Under the pieces are notes generated by a model. That model was not told where the DNA came from. It did not search any database and worked only from the letters and a program-made list of their open reading frames with translations. This document shows, one piece after another, positions 1 to 10,770 of a DNA stretch of 64,000 nt. How positions within the stretch are numbered: the first letter of the stretch is position 1; every line of letters starts with the position of its first letter. This DNA comes from Mustelus asterias. Lineage: Eukaryota. The position numbers were made by a program, and so were the translations under genes. The stretch is taken from the NCBI RefSeq assembly GCF_964213995.1, contig NW_027590154.1:868001-932000 (forward strand), given 5' to 3'.

Positions 1-1035
1 GAATGTGGGAGGGGATGTCATGCTTTATCAAGCCTCCTGATTCACCGGCAAGTTCACTCCGATCAGAGACCGTTTCAATGTTCTGATTGTGAGAAAAGCT
101 TTAAAAGCACAAAGGACCTCCTGAGACACCAGCGCACTCACATGGCGGTGAGACCGTTCACCTGCTCAGTGTGTGGGAAGGGATTCACTCAGTCATCCCA
201 CCTTCTGACACACCAACTTGTTCACACTGATCGGAGACCATTTCAATGTTCTGACTGTGAGAAGAGGTTTAAAAGTAAAAATGATTTACAAGTCCATCAG
301 CGCACTCACACTGGGGAGAAGCCATTCACCTGCTCCGTGTGTGAGAGGAGATTCGGACGTTTATCCCAGCTGCAAACACACCAGCGAGTTCACTCTGATA
401 AGAGACCATTTCAGTGTTCTGACTGTGAGAAGAGCTTTAAAAGTAAACAGGATTTGGTGACACACCAGCGAGTTCACACTGGGGAGAAACCGTTCACCTG
501 CTCGGTGTGTGGGATGGGATTCACCCATTCATCCCACTGTCTGAGACACCAGCGAGTTCACACCGGGGAGAAGACATTTATTTGCTGTGTGTGTGGGAAG
601 GGATTCACTGATTCGCCCCACCTTCTGATACACGAGCGAATTCACACTGGGGAGAAACCCTTCGCTTGCTCCACATGTGGGAAACGATTCACTCAGCCAC
701 CCCAGCTCATTGCACATCAACTGGTCCACACTGATCAGAGACCTTTTAAGTGTTCTGACTATGAGAAAAGTTTTAAAAGCACGAAGGACCTGCTGAGACA
801 CCAGCAAATTCACACTGGGGAGAGATCATTCACCTGCTCCATGTGTGGGAAAAGGTTCACTCAGTCATCCCACCTGCTGAGACACCAGCAGGTTCACACA
901 GGAGAGAGATCGTTCACCTGCTCCGTATGTGGGAAGAGATTTGCTCGGTCAGCCAATCTGCTGAGACACCAGCAAGTTCACAAGTCACTGCAGGGATTGG
1001 ATTCTGCTGTTGCTGCTAACCCCATGCAGGACTGA
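1..1035 (+). CDS. C2H2 zinc-finger protein Z1, 5' end outside the window; about 11 fingers visible plus a partial one, one broken (CSDY)
   Basis: Frame open from base 1 (ECGRGCHALSS...) into ORF 142..1035; CxxC-x12-HxxxH repeats with TGEKPF/TDQRPF linkers; ends QGLDSAVAANPMQD. Confidence 0.9.
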   Translation, partial: ECGRGCHALSSLLIHRQVHSDQRPFQCSDCEKSFKSTKDLLRHQRTHMAVRPFTCSVCGKGFTQSSHLLTHQLVHTDRRPFQCSDCEKRFKSKNDLQVHQRTHTGEKPFTCSVCERRFGRLSQLQTHQRVHSDKRPFQCSDCEKSFKSKQDLVTHQRVHTGEKPFTCSVCGMGFTHSSHCLRHQRVHTGEKTFICCVCGKGFTDSPHLLIHERIHTGEKPFACSTCGKRFTQPPQLIAHQLVHTDQRPFKCSDYEKSFKSTKDLLRHQQIHTGERSFTCSMCGKRFTQSSHLLRHQQVHTGERSFTCSVCGKRFARSANLLRHQQVHKSLQGLDSAVAANPMQD

Positions 1036-1050
1036 ATCATGTTCATTCTG

Positions 1051-2340
1051 TTATTAAGGAGGCTGGGAGGGTGGAACACAGAGATAATCTCTGTACAATC
1101 AGGCAGAGTCAACATGGTTTTGTGCAAGGGAAATCACCTTTAATTGATTTATTGGATTTCTTTGAGGAAGTTACAAGCAATGTGGATAAAGTGGAACCTG
1201 TGGATGTGGTGTATTTAGATTTCCAGCAGGCATTTGACACATCAAAGTTTACCACACAAAATAAGAATTCGTAGCATAAGGCATAACATATTAGCATCCC
1301 ATCCACATCGGTTCTTTGTATTAGCATGGATAGAGGATTGATTAGCTAATGGGAAACAGAGAGGAGGGAGAAAGGAGTAACTTTTGGGATGGCAAGATGT
1401 AGCTTGTGGAGTGCCACAGGGATCAGTGCTGGGGCCTCAACTATTGACAAACTATTTTCATGACGTGGATGACAGGATCAAAATTTGCTGATAACACAAA
1501 GGGTAGGTCGGAAAGTGAGATGTGAATGACCATAACAAGCCTGCAAAGCGACATAGTGAGTGAGTGGGTAAAAAGTTGGTAGCTGGAACAAGATTTTTGG
1601 ATAATGTGAACTTGTCCATTTGGACAGGAAGGATGGAAAAGCAGTTGATTATTTAAAGAGAGCGATTGCAGGTACAGAGGGATCTGGGTGTCCTGGTACT
1701 GTAATCAGGAAACGTTAGTGTGTGGACACAGCAAATGATTAGAAAGGTAAATGAATTGTTGTTTATTGCAGGGATGTTTTGCTGCATTTGTTCAGGGTAT
1801 TGGTGAGACCACATCAAGAGTACTGTGTACAGTTTTGGTCTCCTTACTTCAGAGAGGACTTGTGTGAGAAGTAGTTCGGAGAAGGTTTACTTGACAGATT
1901 CCTGGGATGAGGGGGTTGTCATATGATGAAAAGTTGGACATGTTCGGCCTGTATCTATTGGGGTTTAGAGGAATGAGAGAGGATCTGATTGAAACATATA
2001 AAATTCAGAGGGGACTTGACAAAGTGGATGTTGATTGTAGAGAGAGGAGAACTAGAGGCAGTTTAAAAATAAGGGGTCTCCCATTTAAGACTGAAATGAG
2101 GAGAAACCTTTTCTCTCAGAGGGTTGTTACAGTGTGGAATTCTCTTCCACAGAGAGTGGTGGAGGCTGGCTCACTGAATATTCTGAAGTCTGAATTTAAT
2201 AGATTCTTGATTAACGAGAGTCAAAGGGTGTGAGGGGTAAGAAGGAAACTGGAGTTGAAGCTATAATCACATCAGCCAGGATCCTATTGAATAGTGGAGC
2301 AGGCTCGAGGGGCCGAGTGGCCTTCTCCTGCTCCTAATTC
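1051..2340 (+). mobile_element. Degraded 5'-truncated CR1 LINE in the Z1 3' UTR
   Basis: RT motifs QHGFVQGKS and VDVVYLDFQQAFD; GVPQGSVLGP coded at ~1408; CR1 C-terminus and 3' tail (GGCCGAGTGGCCTTCTCCTGCTCCTAA); many frameshifts. Confidence 0.85.
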
Positions 2341-3119
2341 ACATGTTCCCATTGTGATAGTTGGAGTTTGTTTCTGCTGATGTTAATTTCCCATAAAACT
2401 GAGCTGCAGCTTAATCTACAGAATAGAATCAAATAAATCTTGATAATCTGATTGATCAGCCAGAGTCTAACTGAATGACAGAGCAGACTGGAAGAGCTGA
2501 ACAACCTACTCCAGTTCCTGTGTAGTTTCTCCCCAGGATTCTCCCACGCTCTAACTCTGCTCCAGTGCTGGTTTCTGATGAAGTCTCTTCTCCCCAGGTC
2601 TCCCATCACTTTCCATTCATCAGCTGGTGTCTGAGTCCAAGTTTACCAGGAACAGGAGGAGGTCATTTATCCCTCAAGCCTGTTCTCTCATTCACTGAAG
2701 TCATGGCTGATCTGTGACCTAACTCCATTTACCCAGATATTGTTTTAATCCTGACTTCCTCAGTCTGTTACAATGAGATTTTAAAAATAACTTTTGTTTA
2801 CATCAGACCTTCAATGTAGGAGAGTGTCCCAAGGTGAATCTCAGAAACATCAATTGATAAATCAGACAACTGGCACTGAGGGGATGTTAGGAGGCTGACT
2901 GAAGACTTGGTGCAGTGTCAAGGGTTAATGTTAAATTTGTAAATATTCTACCCAGTGATGTAAGATCAGGTGATAAGAGTTTGCTGAGAGATGGTTGTTT
3001 GCTGAGCCTTGTGCTGTACATATTTAGAAGAAGGTGCAATAAAAAGTTATATTAACCAATAGCCTTGCCTCCAGCAGTCTCTGTCAATCCTGGCCAATTT
3101 CTGTATCCACTTGATCTAA

Positions 3120-3400
3120 ACCTGTCATAATAGTGCTCACCTCTATCAGATCTTCCCTTAGCCTCCTTCATTCCAGGGAGAATAACTCCAACTTCTCGAA
3201 CCTGACCTTGGAGTTAAAATCCTTCATTGCTGGAACCATTCTGGTGAACCTCCACACCTTTTCAAGGACCATCCCATCCTTCCTAAAGCGTGCTGTCTGG
3301 ATATGAACACAATATTCCCATTGTGGTTTAAACAGTGCTTCATAAAGCTTCAGCATAACTTCATTGGCTTTTATTACAATGGCTCTGTTGGAAACCAATG
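3120..3400 (-). mobile_element. CR1 LINE fragment
   Basis: ORF 3168..3398 (LKLYEALFKPQWEYCV...) resembles the CR1 ORF2 C-terminal region. Confidence 0.7.
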
Positions 3401-3959
3401 TATTATGGACCTTTTTAATGTGCAGTCAGTTTGTAACTTTATTTATTTTATATTAATTAGCGTTCACGGGTTGTGGTGTAACGCTGTGTGTGGAGTCTCT
3501 CATGGTGGTAACATGGAATATCGAGGGTGATAGAAGAACCCAGACTGAGCATGTCTGAAGAACTGCACTGAACTGCATTGTGGGTTCAATGTGCAAAGCA
3601 TGCTGGTCAATGTAATCAAGTCGCAGCCTTGCTGGAATTAGCAATGTCTGCAAAATGAATTAAATTGTGCAGGAAGCTGGCCTCACACTGTGAGAAAGAT
3701 GTGTTTGTTTGAGCTAATGAACTTGTCTGTAGCAGCTTGGGGAATGATAACAGTGTCAGAGATAACACAGTGGAGTCAGGCTGGCTCTATTCCTTCAAGT
3801 AAATCTGTGTAATAGGCCCAGGACATAAGAACAAGGAAGAAGACAATGCTGTCATTGAAAACCAATTCAATGGGCTAAAAACAGGTATTACCTTATTTTT
3901 TATTCGTTTACAGAGGTCAAAGCCCACAGTCTGCCCTGAATAATAAAAGGTGGGCCTCA

Positions 3960-6310
3960 CTGGCTAGGTCAGCATTTATTGTCCATTTCTAAATGGCCTT
4001 GAGAAGGTGGTGTTGAGCTGCCTTCTAGAACCACAGCATTCCCTGTGGTGTAGGGACACCCACACTTGTTTGGGAGGAAGCTCCAGGATTTTGACCCAGT
4101 GACAGCGAAGGAACAGCAATATATTTTGAAGTCAAGATGGTGAGTGTTACGATCCCAGTTGATGTTATAATTGGACAGGATGATTCCCGGATGGAACACT
4201 GGCTCAAAAGACCGCAACTTTTACTTTTTGGAGAAAACATAAAGGAACAGAATCACAGGACTGCCAATTAGCTTTTAATAAAATATTTATTAAACACGAA
4301 GAGTTTGACGATAACAAAATACTCCTTGACTCACACTTACCTTCACAAATGTATCCAGATTTCAAGGATAACATAGATTTAAAATTCCTTATGCTATAAT
4401 GTTCTCAGTAAACACATGGTTCCTTTAAACCCACAGGTTAGCTGTGATCAGACAACCCCCACTCTGAAACCAAGTGGCAGATGCAACTCAATCAATCCTC
4501 TGTGGATTTCTCCTCAAATTTCCCTCCAGATGATTGTCACGAGTGTTTCCAAACACCGCTCTCAGAAAGACACGTGTTAATATCTCCTTCCAAACCAAGT
4601 TTCTCTCCGTTGCTTTCAACAAAGATCCACTTCCAGGTCTTTCAATTATCCTTTCAAACAAGGCTTCCTCTCCACTCTTTTAGCAAGAAGCTGCCTCTAG
4701 GTTTTTAACTCTCAGAATTCCTTTGCCTTGAATTGCAACATGCTTCCAAAATTCTACATAAACTCAGATCATCAGTCCCTAACAGAATACAATTGCTTCA
4801 AAAACTGGATTTAAGGACATCAAACCTTCCCACTATTTCAGATATGTGGCTTCTCTGTCACCAACCTCATCAGTTCTTTTCTTCCCAGGTCTGAGTTTAA
4901 CTTCCATGAATAGTATCCTGTTCCAAAGACAATGCTGTTCCTTTTTTACTTAAATATTCCTGACACTTCCCTTCCATTCCCGGGTTTCTCAAACGAACTG
5001 TCCTGTAGTTCCTCTGGAACTTGCTTTCGGACACATTACTCCATTGTATGGCTTTCCTGCTTCTAGTAGAGCTGAGAGCTGCTCACCCTCTCGTTTCCTC
5101 ACCCCAACTGCTATAAATTCAACTAAAACTACACTCAAAAAACCTTCTCACCCTAAAGGTGCTGCTGGTTGCTATGCAACAATGCATTATTTCTCCAACT
5201 TCATGTTTATTTTTCACGCCATAAACTCTCTCAGCACAACAGGAATACAATTTGAATTGAAACCCATCCCCCGCACATGCAAACACCTTTGTTCAACAAG
5301 AATCCAACCAAAGTTCTCCTCTTCCTACAGAAACACTAAATCAAACTTACTTAAATCTATACTTTATTTCTAATATTTAACAATAGAAACATAGATCACT
5401 TAAAACTACCTCTGTTTTCCTGACATGAGTGACTTAGAGAGGAACTTACAGGTGGTGACATTCTCATGTATCTGCTGCTCTTGTCCTTCTAGATGGTAAT
5501 GTTCCTGGGTCTGTAAGATGCTGCCGAAGGAGTCTTGGTGAGTTCCTGCAGTGCATTTTGTAGATGGTACACACTGTTGCTATTGTCCGTCGGTGGTAGA
5601 GGGAGTGAATGTTTGTGGTTGTGTTGATCAAGTGGGGCTGCTTTGTCCTGGATGGTTTTGAGCTTCTTGAGTGTTGTTGGGAGCTGCACTCATTCAGGCA
5701 AGTGGAGAGTATTCCATCATATTCCTGACTTGTGTCTTGGAGATGGTGGACGGGCTTTGGGTGGGGGAGTCAGAAAGTGAGTTACTCTCCTCAGGGCTGC
5801 CAGTCTCTGACCTGCTCTGGTAGCCACAGTATCTATGAGTTTCTGGTCAATGTAACCCCCCAGGATGTTGATAATGGAAGGGGGATTCAGTGATGGTAAT
5901 ACCCTTGAATGTCAAGGGGTGATGGTTAAATTCTCTTCTATTGAAGGTGGTCATTGCCTCGGACTTATGTGGCATGAATGTTACTTGCCACTTGTCAGCC
6001 CAAGCCTGGATATTCTTGTATTTGGACATGGACTGCTTCAGTATCTGAGGAGTCACAAATGGTGCTGAACATTGTGTATTCATTGGCGGACATCCCCACT
6101 TCTGATATTATGATGGAGGGAAGGTTATTGATGAAGCAGCTGAAGATGGTTGGGCGTCGGACACGACCCTGAGAGATCCCTGCATTGATGTCCTGGAGCT
6201 GAGATGACTGACCCTCCACAACCACAACCATCTTCCTAATTGCCAGTATAAGTCCAGCCAGCAGAGAGTTTGCCCCTTGATATCCATTGATTCCAGTTTT
6301 GCTCGGTGTC
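3960..6310 (-). mobile_element. CR1/L2-group LINE remnant, split by a solo LTR
   Basis: Minus-strand RT-like text AGISQGRVRRPTIFSCFINNLPS...MSANE (degenerate GVPQGS..FADD) and QAWADKWQVTF; sequence continues across 4145..5425. Confidence 0.7.
4145..5425. mobile_element. Probable solo LTR (1281 bp) with 4-bp target-site duplication
   Basis: Starts TGTTACGA, ends TCCTGACA (TG...CA, imperfect terminal inverted repeat); TGAG at 4141-4144 and 5426-5429; no coding capacity. Confidence 0.7.
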
Positions 6311-6315
6311 CATGA

Positions 6316-6410
6316 TATGGTGGTGCAGTGGTTAGACCAGTTGGCTCACAGCCCCAGGGACCGGGTTCGATTCCGGCCTTGGGTGGCTGTGTCGAGTTGG
6401 CACATTCATC
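6316..6410 (+). mobile_element. Partial tRNA-derived SINE head (HE1/V-SINE-like)
   Basis: A box TGGTGCAGTGG and B box GGTTCGATTCC; matches longer copies at 37480, 41820 and 59920. Confidence 0.65.
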
Positions 6411-6639
6411 AGCTTTGTTTTTGCGAATCATTTCAGTGGAAATGTGCTCTCCCAAACTCAAAGAGCATCAGTCCACTGGAAACAAAGTTGTGAGACCGGC
6501 CAGTCCAGCAGAAAGAAACTCTCCGACCCTCCCACTTCACCAACTGTCAGAATGAACATGGTTCAGTCCTGGATGTGATTAACAGCAGCAATAACAGCAG
6601 AATCCAACCCCTGTCATCACTTGTGAACTTACTGGTGTC

Positions 6640-7938
6640 TCAGCAGGTGGGATGACTGAGTGAATCCCTTTGTGAATCCTTGTGAACTCGTTGGTGTGTC
6701 TGCAGGTGGGATGACTGCATGAATCCCTTTCCACACTCAGAGCAGATAAACGGCCTCCCTCCAGTGTGAACTTGCTGGTGACTCTGCAGATAAGACGAAA
6801 GAGCGAATCCTTTCCCACACTCAGAGCAGGTGAATGGTCTCTCCCTGGTGTGAACACGTCGGTGTGCCTGCAGGTTAGCTGAACGAGTGAATCCCTTCCC
6901 ACACTCAGAGCAGGTGAATGGCCTCTCCCCGGTGTGAACTTGCTGGTGATTCTGCAGGTCGGATAACTGAATGAATCCCCTGCCACACTCGGAACAGGTA
7001 AATGGCCTCTCCCTGGTGTGAACCTCCTGATGCGACACTAGGTGGGATGATTGAATAAAACGCCTCCCACACTCGGAGCAGACGAATGGCCTCTCCCTGC
7101 TGTGAACTCCCTGGTGTGACATTAGGTGTGACGATTGGATAAAACGTTTCCCACATTCGGGGCAGCTGAATGGCCTCTCCCTTGTGTGTGTTCCTTTGTG
7201 TGTCACTAGGTGTGATAACTGAATAAAACGCTTCCCACATTCGGAGCAGGGGAATGGCCTCTCCCTCCTGTGGACTCCCTGGTGAGTCACTAGGTGTGAT
7301 AACTGAATGAAACGCTTCCCACACTCGGAGCAGGGGAACGGCCTCTCCCCCCTATGGACTTCCTGGTGATTCACTAGGTGTGATAATTGAATAAAACACT
7401 TCCCACACTCAGAGCAGTTGAAAGGCCTCTCCTTAGTGTGGGCTCGCTGGTGTATCTGCAGGTGAGATGACTGAGTGAAACCCTTTCCACAGTCGGAGCA
7501 GGTGAATTGTCGCTCTTCGGTGTGGATTTGTTGGTGATTCAAAAGTTCAGATGAATGATTGAATTGCTTCCCACACTCAGAGCAGTTGAACGGTTTTTCC
7601 CCAGTGTGAACTTGCTGGTTTGTCAGCAGGTGGGATAACTGAGTGAATCCCTTCCCACACTCAGAGCAGGTGTACGGCCTCTCCCTACTGTGAACTGCTT
7701 GGTGATTCCACAGGTCGGCTGCCTGGAGAAAACCCTTCCCACACTCAGAGCAGATGAAGGGCCTCTCCCCAGTGTGGCTGCATTGATGAATCTTCAGGGC
7801 AGATGGGGAGCAGTCTCCTTCCCCACACTTGGAGCAGGGGAACAGTCTCTCCCCAGTGTGAATATGTTGATGAGTTTGCAGTGCAGACGGGATATGGAAT
7901 TCCTTACCACAAACCTCATCTTTTCCCGGTTTCTCCAT
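6640..7938 (-). CDS. C2H2 zinc-finger protein Z2, about 15 fingers (two degenerate), rearranged and frameshifted last finger
   Basis: ORF 6640..7974; family-type start MEKP at ATG 7938; the family 3' tail follows out of frame at ~6560-6640. Confidence 0.85.
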   Translation of the reverse strand: MEKPGKDEVCGKEFHIPSALQTHQHIHTGERLFPCSKCGEGDCSPSALKIHQCSHTGERPFICSECGKGFLQAADLWNHQAVHSRERPYTCSECGKGFTQLSHLLTNQQVHTGEKPFNCSECGKQFNHSSELLNHQQIHTEERQFTCSDCGKGFTQSSHLQIHQRAHTKERPFNCSECGKCFIQLSHLVNHQEVHRGERPFPCSECGKRFIQLSHLVTHQGVHRRERPFPCSECGKRFIQLSHLVTHKGTHTRERPFSCPECGKRFIQSSHLMSHQGVHSRERPFVCSECGRRFIQSSHLVSHQEVHTRERPFTCSECGRGFIQLSDLQNHQQVHTGERPFTCSECGKGFTRSANLQAHRRVHTRERPFTCSECGKGFALSSYLQSHQQVHTGGRPFICSECGKGFMQSSHLQTHQRVHKDSQRDSLSHPTC

Positions 7939-9496
7939 GGTGTGGATGTCCTTGTGTCTTTCCAGGTTTAACAATCAGTTAAATCCTCATCCACACATAG
8001 AGCATGTGCACTGTCTGTCCCCACTGTAAATGATGTGATATTTTTGCAGTCTGTGTAACTGGTCTTTTGACAGTCAGTGTACTGGACACTCTCACTCAGC
8101 TCTGTGTTTCTTGGTGCCTTTCCAGTCACACTGATGTGACAGAAAAAACAGATAAATATTTCTTCTTCTAGATTCAAAGTCTGATGATATTCAGGTTCTG
8201 ATAATTTGAGTGACTCTATTAAGCCTTAACATGTTTTGAGATTGCTGGCAGCAAATCTTCCCCTTATAACTTCCTGTAAAATGAGTTTACAAAAGTCATC
8301 ACTGTCAGTATCAAACAGAAATTCAGAATAGACAATTCTAGTTTCTGTGGAACATTTCTTCCTTTCTCGTTCCTCTGGATCTGTACATCTCCATCCCACA
8401 CCCTATCCCTGTATCCTCACTCTGCTGTATGTATAATACACCCTTCCAATTCTCCTGAAGGTGTTGATTCATGCTGACCAACAAATCCATGCTCACTGCT
8501 TCTTCTCCAGCACTGAGATACCTTCATGCAGGCTGCTAGTCTAAATGCCTAAATATACTTAGCGAAGTAAAATGTATGTAACATAGGGGACCAGTTTAAT
8601 AATTAGAAGTACAGCAAGGCTATGAGATAGAACATTATTTCGACAGTGAACGTTCTTGAAGATCAATTTTTTGGCTATGAGGGCGGTGCATTTTGATACA
8701 TTCAATATTTCAAAATGAAATTAGATGGGCAGTCAAAATAGACTGGCAGGGGAACAGGGATACAGACGGGATGAGGAGCATATCAGCCATGATTGAATGG
8801 CAGAGCGGACTCGATGGGCCAAATAGCCTAATTATGCTCCTCTATCTTACGAACTTAAGGGGGAATGGGACTGACTGGATTGCTCTACAAAGAGTTAGCA
8901 TGGACTTGAGTTGCTGAATGGACTCCTTGTGTGATACAATAACCCGATTACTGAAAATAAACTACTTAGTTACAGTATTAACAAAACTAAAAATAATAAA
9001 AAATGAACTTTATTACTGGACCATGCATAATATATCTAATTTGAATCATATTACAAGACTGCACACATCTCTGTCCTATATTAATTTACTGCCCCTTAAA
9101 TTTCAGCTATTTCCGAGAGAAATCACCCCTTTAAATTGTGAACATTAGGAAAGAGACCATCCTCTTAACCAGACAAATAAATGTGACAAGTTGAGGAAGC
9201 AAAGGATGGCAATGTCTTTTTTATACTTTTCCAATTCAATCAAAATCAAGTCCAATTCAGAATCTCAACAAGTTGAGACATTTCCGATCCAGGGCATGCA
9301 ATCCTCTTCCCTGTCTTGGGCCTGATCTACATGAGCCAAGCAGATTGGAGTAGGCAGACGTCTCCGCCTCCCCAGGCTTGATCTCATTTGCATCTTCGCC
9401 AACAGGCCGAGATACCGCTTTTAAAAATTGCTTCATATGAAACATATGAAGCTTATAATCTGACCCAATGACCACTACCAAGTGCAGCATCTGCAG

Positions 9497-9528
9497 ACTA
9501 CACTTGATCTTAGCCAAAAAGCCGAGAA
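9497..9528 (-). pseudogene. RNU2: U2 snRNA 5' fragment (nt 6-37)
   Basis: Minus strand TTCTCGGCTTTTTGGCTAAGATCAAGTGTAGT versus U2 TTCTCGGCCTTTTGGCTAAGATCAAGTGTAGT: one mismatch in 32. Confidence 0.85.
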
Positions 9529-9659
9529 TGGGGAGAGAGATACCTGGGCCAACCTTTCCAGAGTCTGCACCCCCCCTGAATTCACTTCCTTTCCCTTCAG
9601 TTGCTGCAAGTCACCAATTTAACCCCAGAATGAGAAAAAAAAGGAGAGAAGAAAACAAA

Positions 9660-10125
9660 GTGTTTTACTCACAGATGTTGACGACAGGAGGAGGTTTCAG
9701 TCTGTCTGAAATCCAATCTGCATTGTCACAAAGCCTGCACTCTGATTGGCTGGAGGACCAGTGTCCTTCCGGTCCTCCAATTCCTCCCATTGGTCAATGC
9801 CCCTCATGAAGACAGTGGTGCAGCGGAAGTGAGTGGGAGACACTTTGACCCCGGGTCACTCTCAGTTGTTGGCCAATGGGAAACGCTATCCTCCGCACAT
9901 GCGCAGCACTTCTCTGGGTTAATCATGCGCAGTCCCATCCGGCGAATTGAGCGATTTCCTCAGCGCGGGGGATTGTGGGAGCTGCGGCCGCCATTACTCG
10001 GCCGGAGCCCAGTCTCCAAACACCTGGGACTACGATGGGTGGGATGGGGAGGAGGCGAGGTGACCCCATCCGGACATAATGTACATCTGGGTAGTCACTG
10101 GAATTGATAGCGACGCCGCCTTAGC
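9660..10125 (-). promoter_or_regulatory. CpG-rich promoter and non-coding first exon of Z2
   Basis: Splice donor CATCT|GTGAGT (minus, ~9670); several CCAAT boxes; ETS CGGAAGTG; NRF1-like CATGCGCA; YY1-like GCCGCCATT (~9987-9995). Confidence 0.6.
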
Positions 10126-10314
10126 AAAATTCAGGTGTAAAAATTTAAGACACCTGGGTGACATATTGCGGAGTGGAATAGCTCAATGTGAAACTGAACC
10201 CCACAGTCAGCAGCGTCCTTGGGGGAGAACTGGGGAAAAGTAAGGAGGATGGGCAAAAGCATTAGGCTTACAATTGATAGGGAGGAGGCAGATGTTTAAA
10301 GTTTGAAATTTGAT

Positions 10315-10770
10315 TAGATTTGATTTATTGTCACATGTATTAGTAGACAGTGAGAAGTATTGTTTCTTGTACGTTTTACTGACAAAGAGAAGGAAAGAGG
10401 AGGGTGCAGAATGTAGTATTACAGTCATAGCTAGGATATAGAGAAAGATCAAATTAATGTGAGATAGTTCCACTCAAAAGTTTGATGGCCGCAGGGAAGA
10501 AGCTGTTCTTGATTTGGTTGTACATGTCCTCAGACCTTTATATCTTTTTCCCGATGGAAGAAGGTGGAAGAAAGAATGTCCAGGGTGCGTGGGGTCCTTG
10601 ATTATGCTGGCTGCTTTTCTAAGACAGTGGGAAATGTAGACAGAGTCAATGGATAGGAGGATGGTTTGCATGATGGATTGGGTCATTCATGACCCTTTGT
10701 AGTCTCTTGTGGTCTTGGACAGAGCAGGAGCAATATCAATTTGTGATACAACCAGAAAGAATGCTTTCCA
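10315..10770 (-). mobile_element. Rex1/Babar-like LINE 3' end
   Basis: KAASIIKDPTHPGHSFFHLLPSGKRYK; tail AATAAATCAAATC. Confidence 0.7.
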
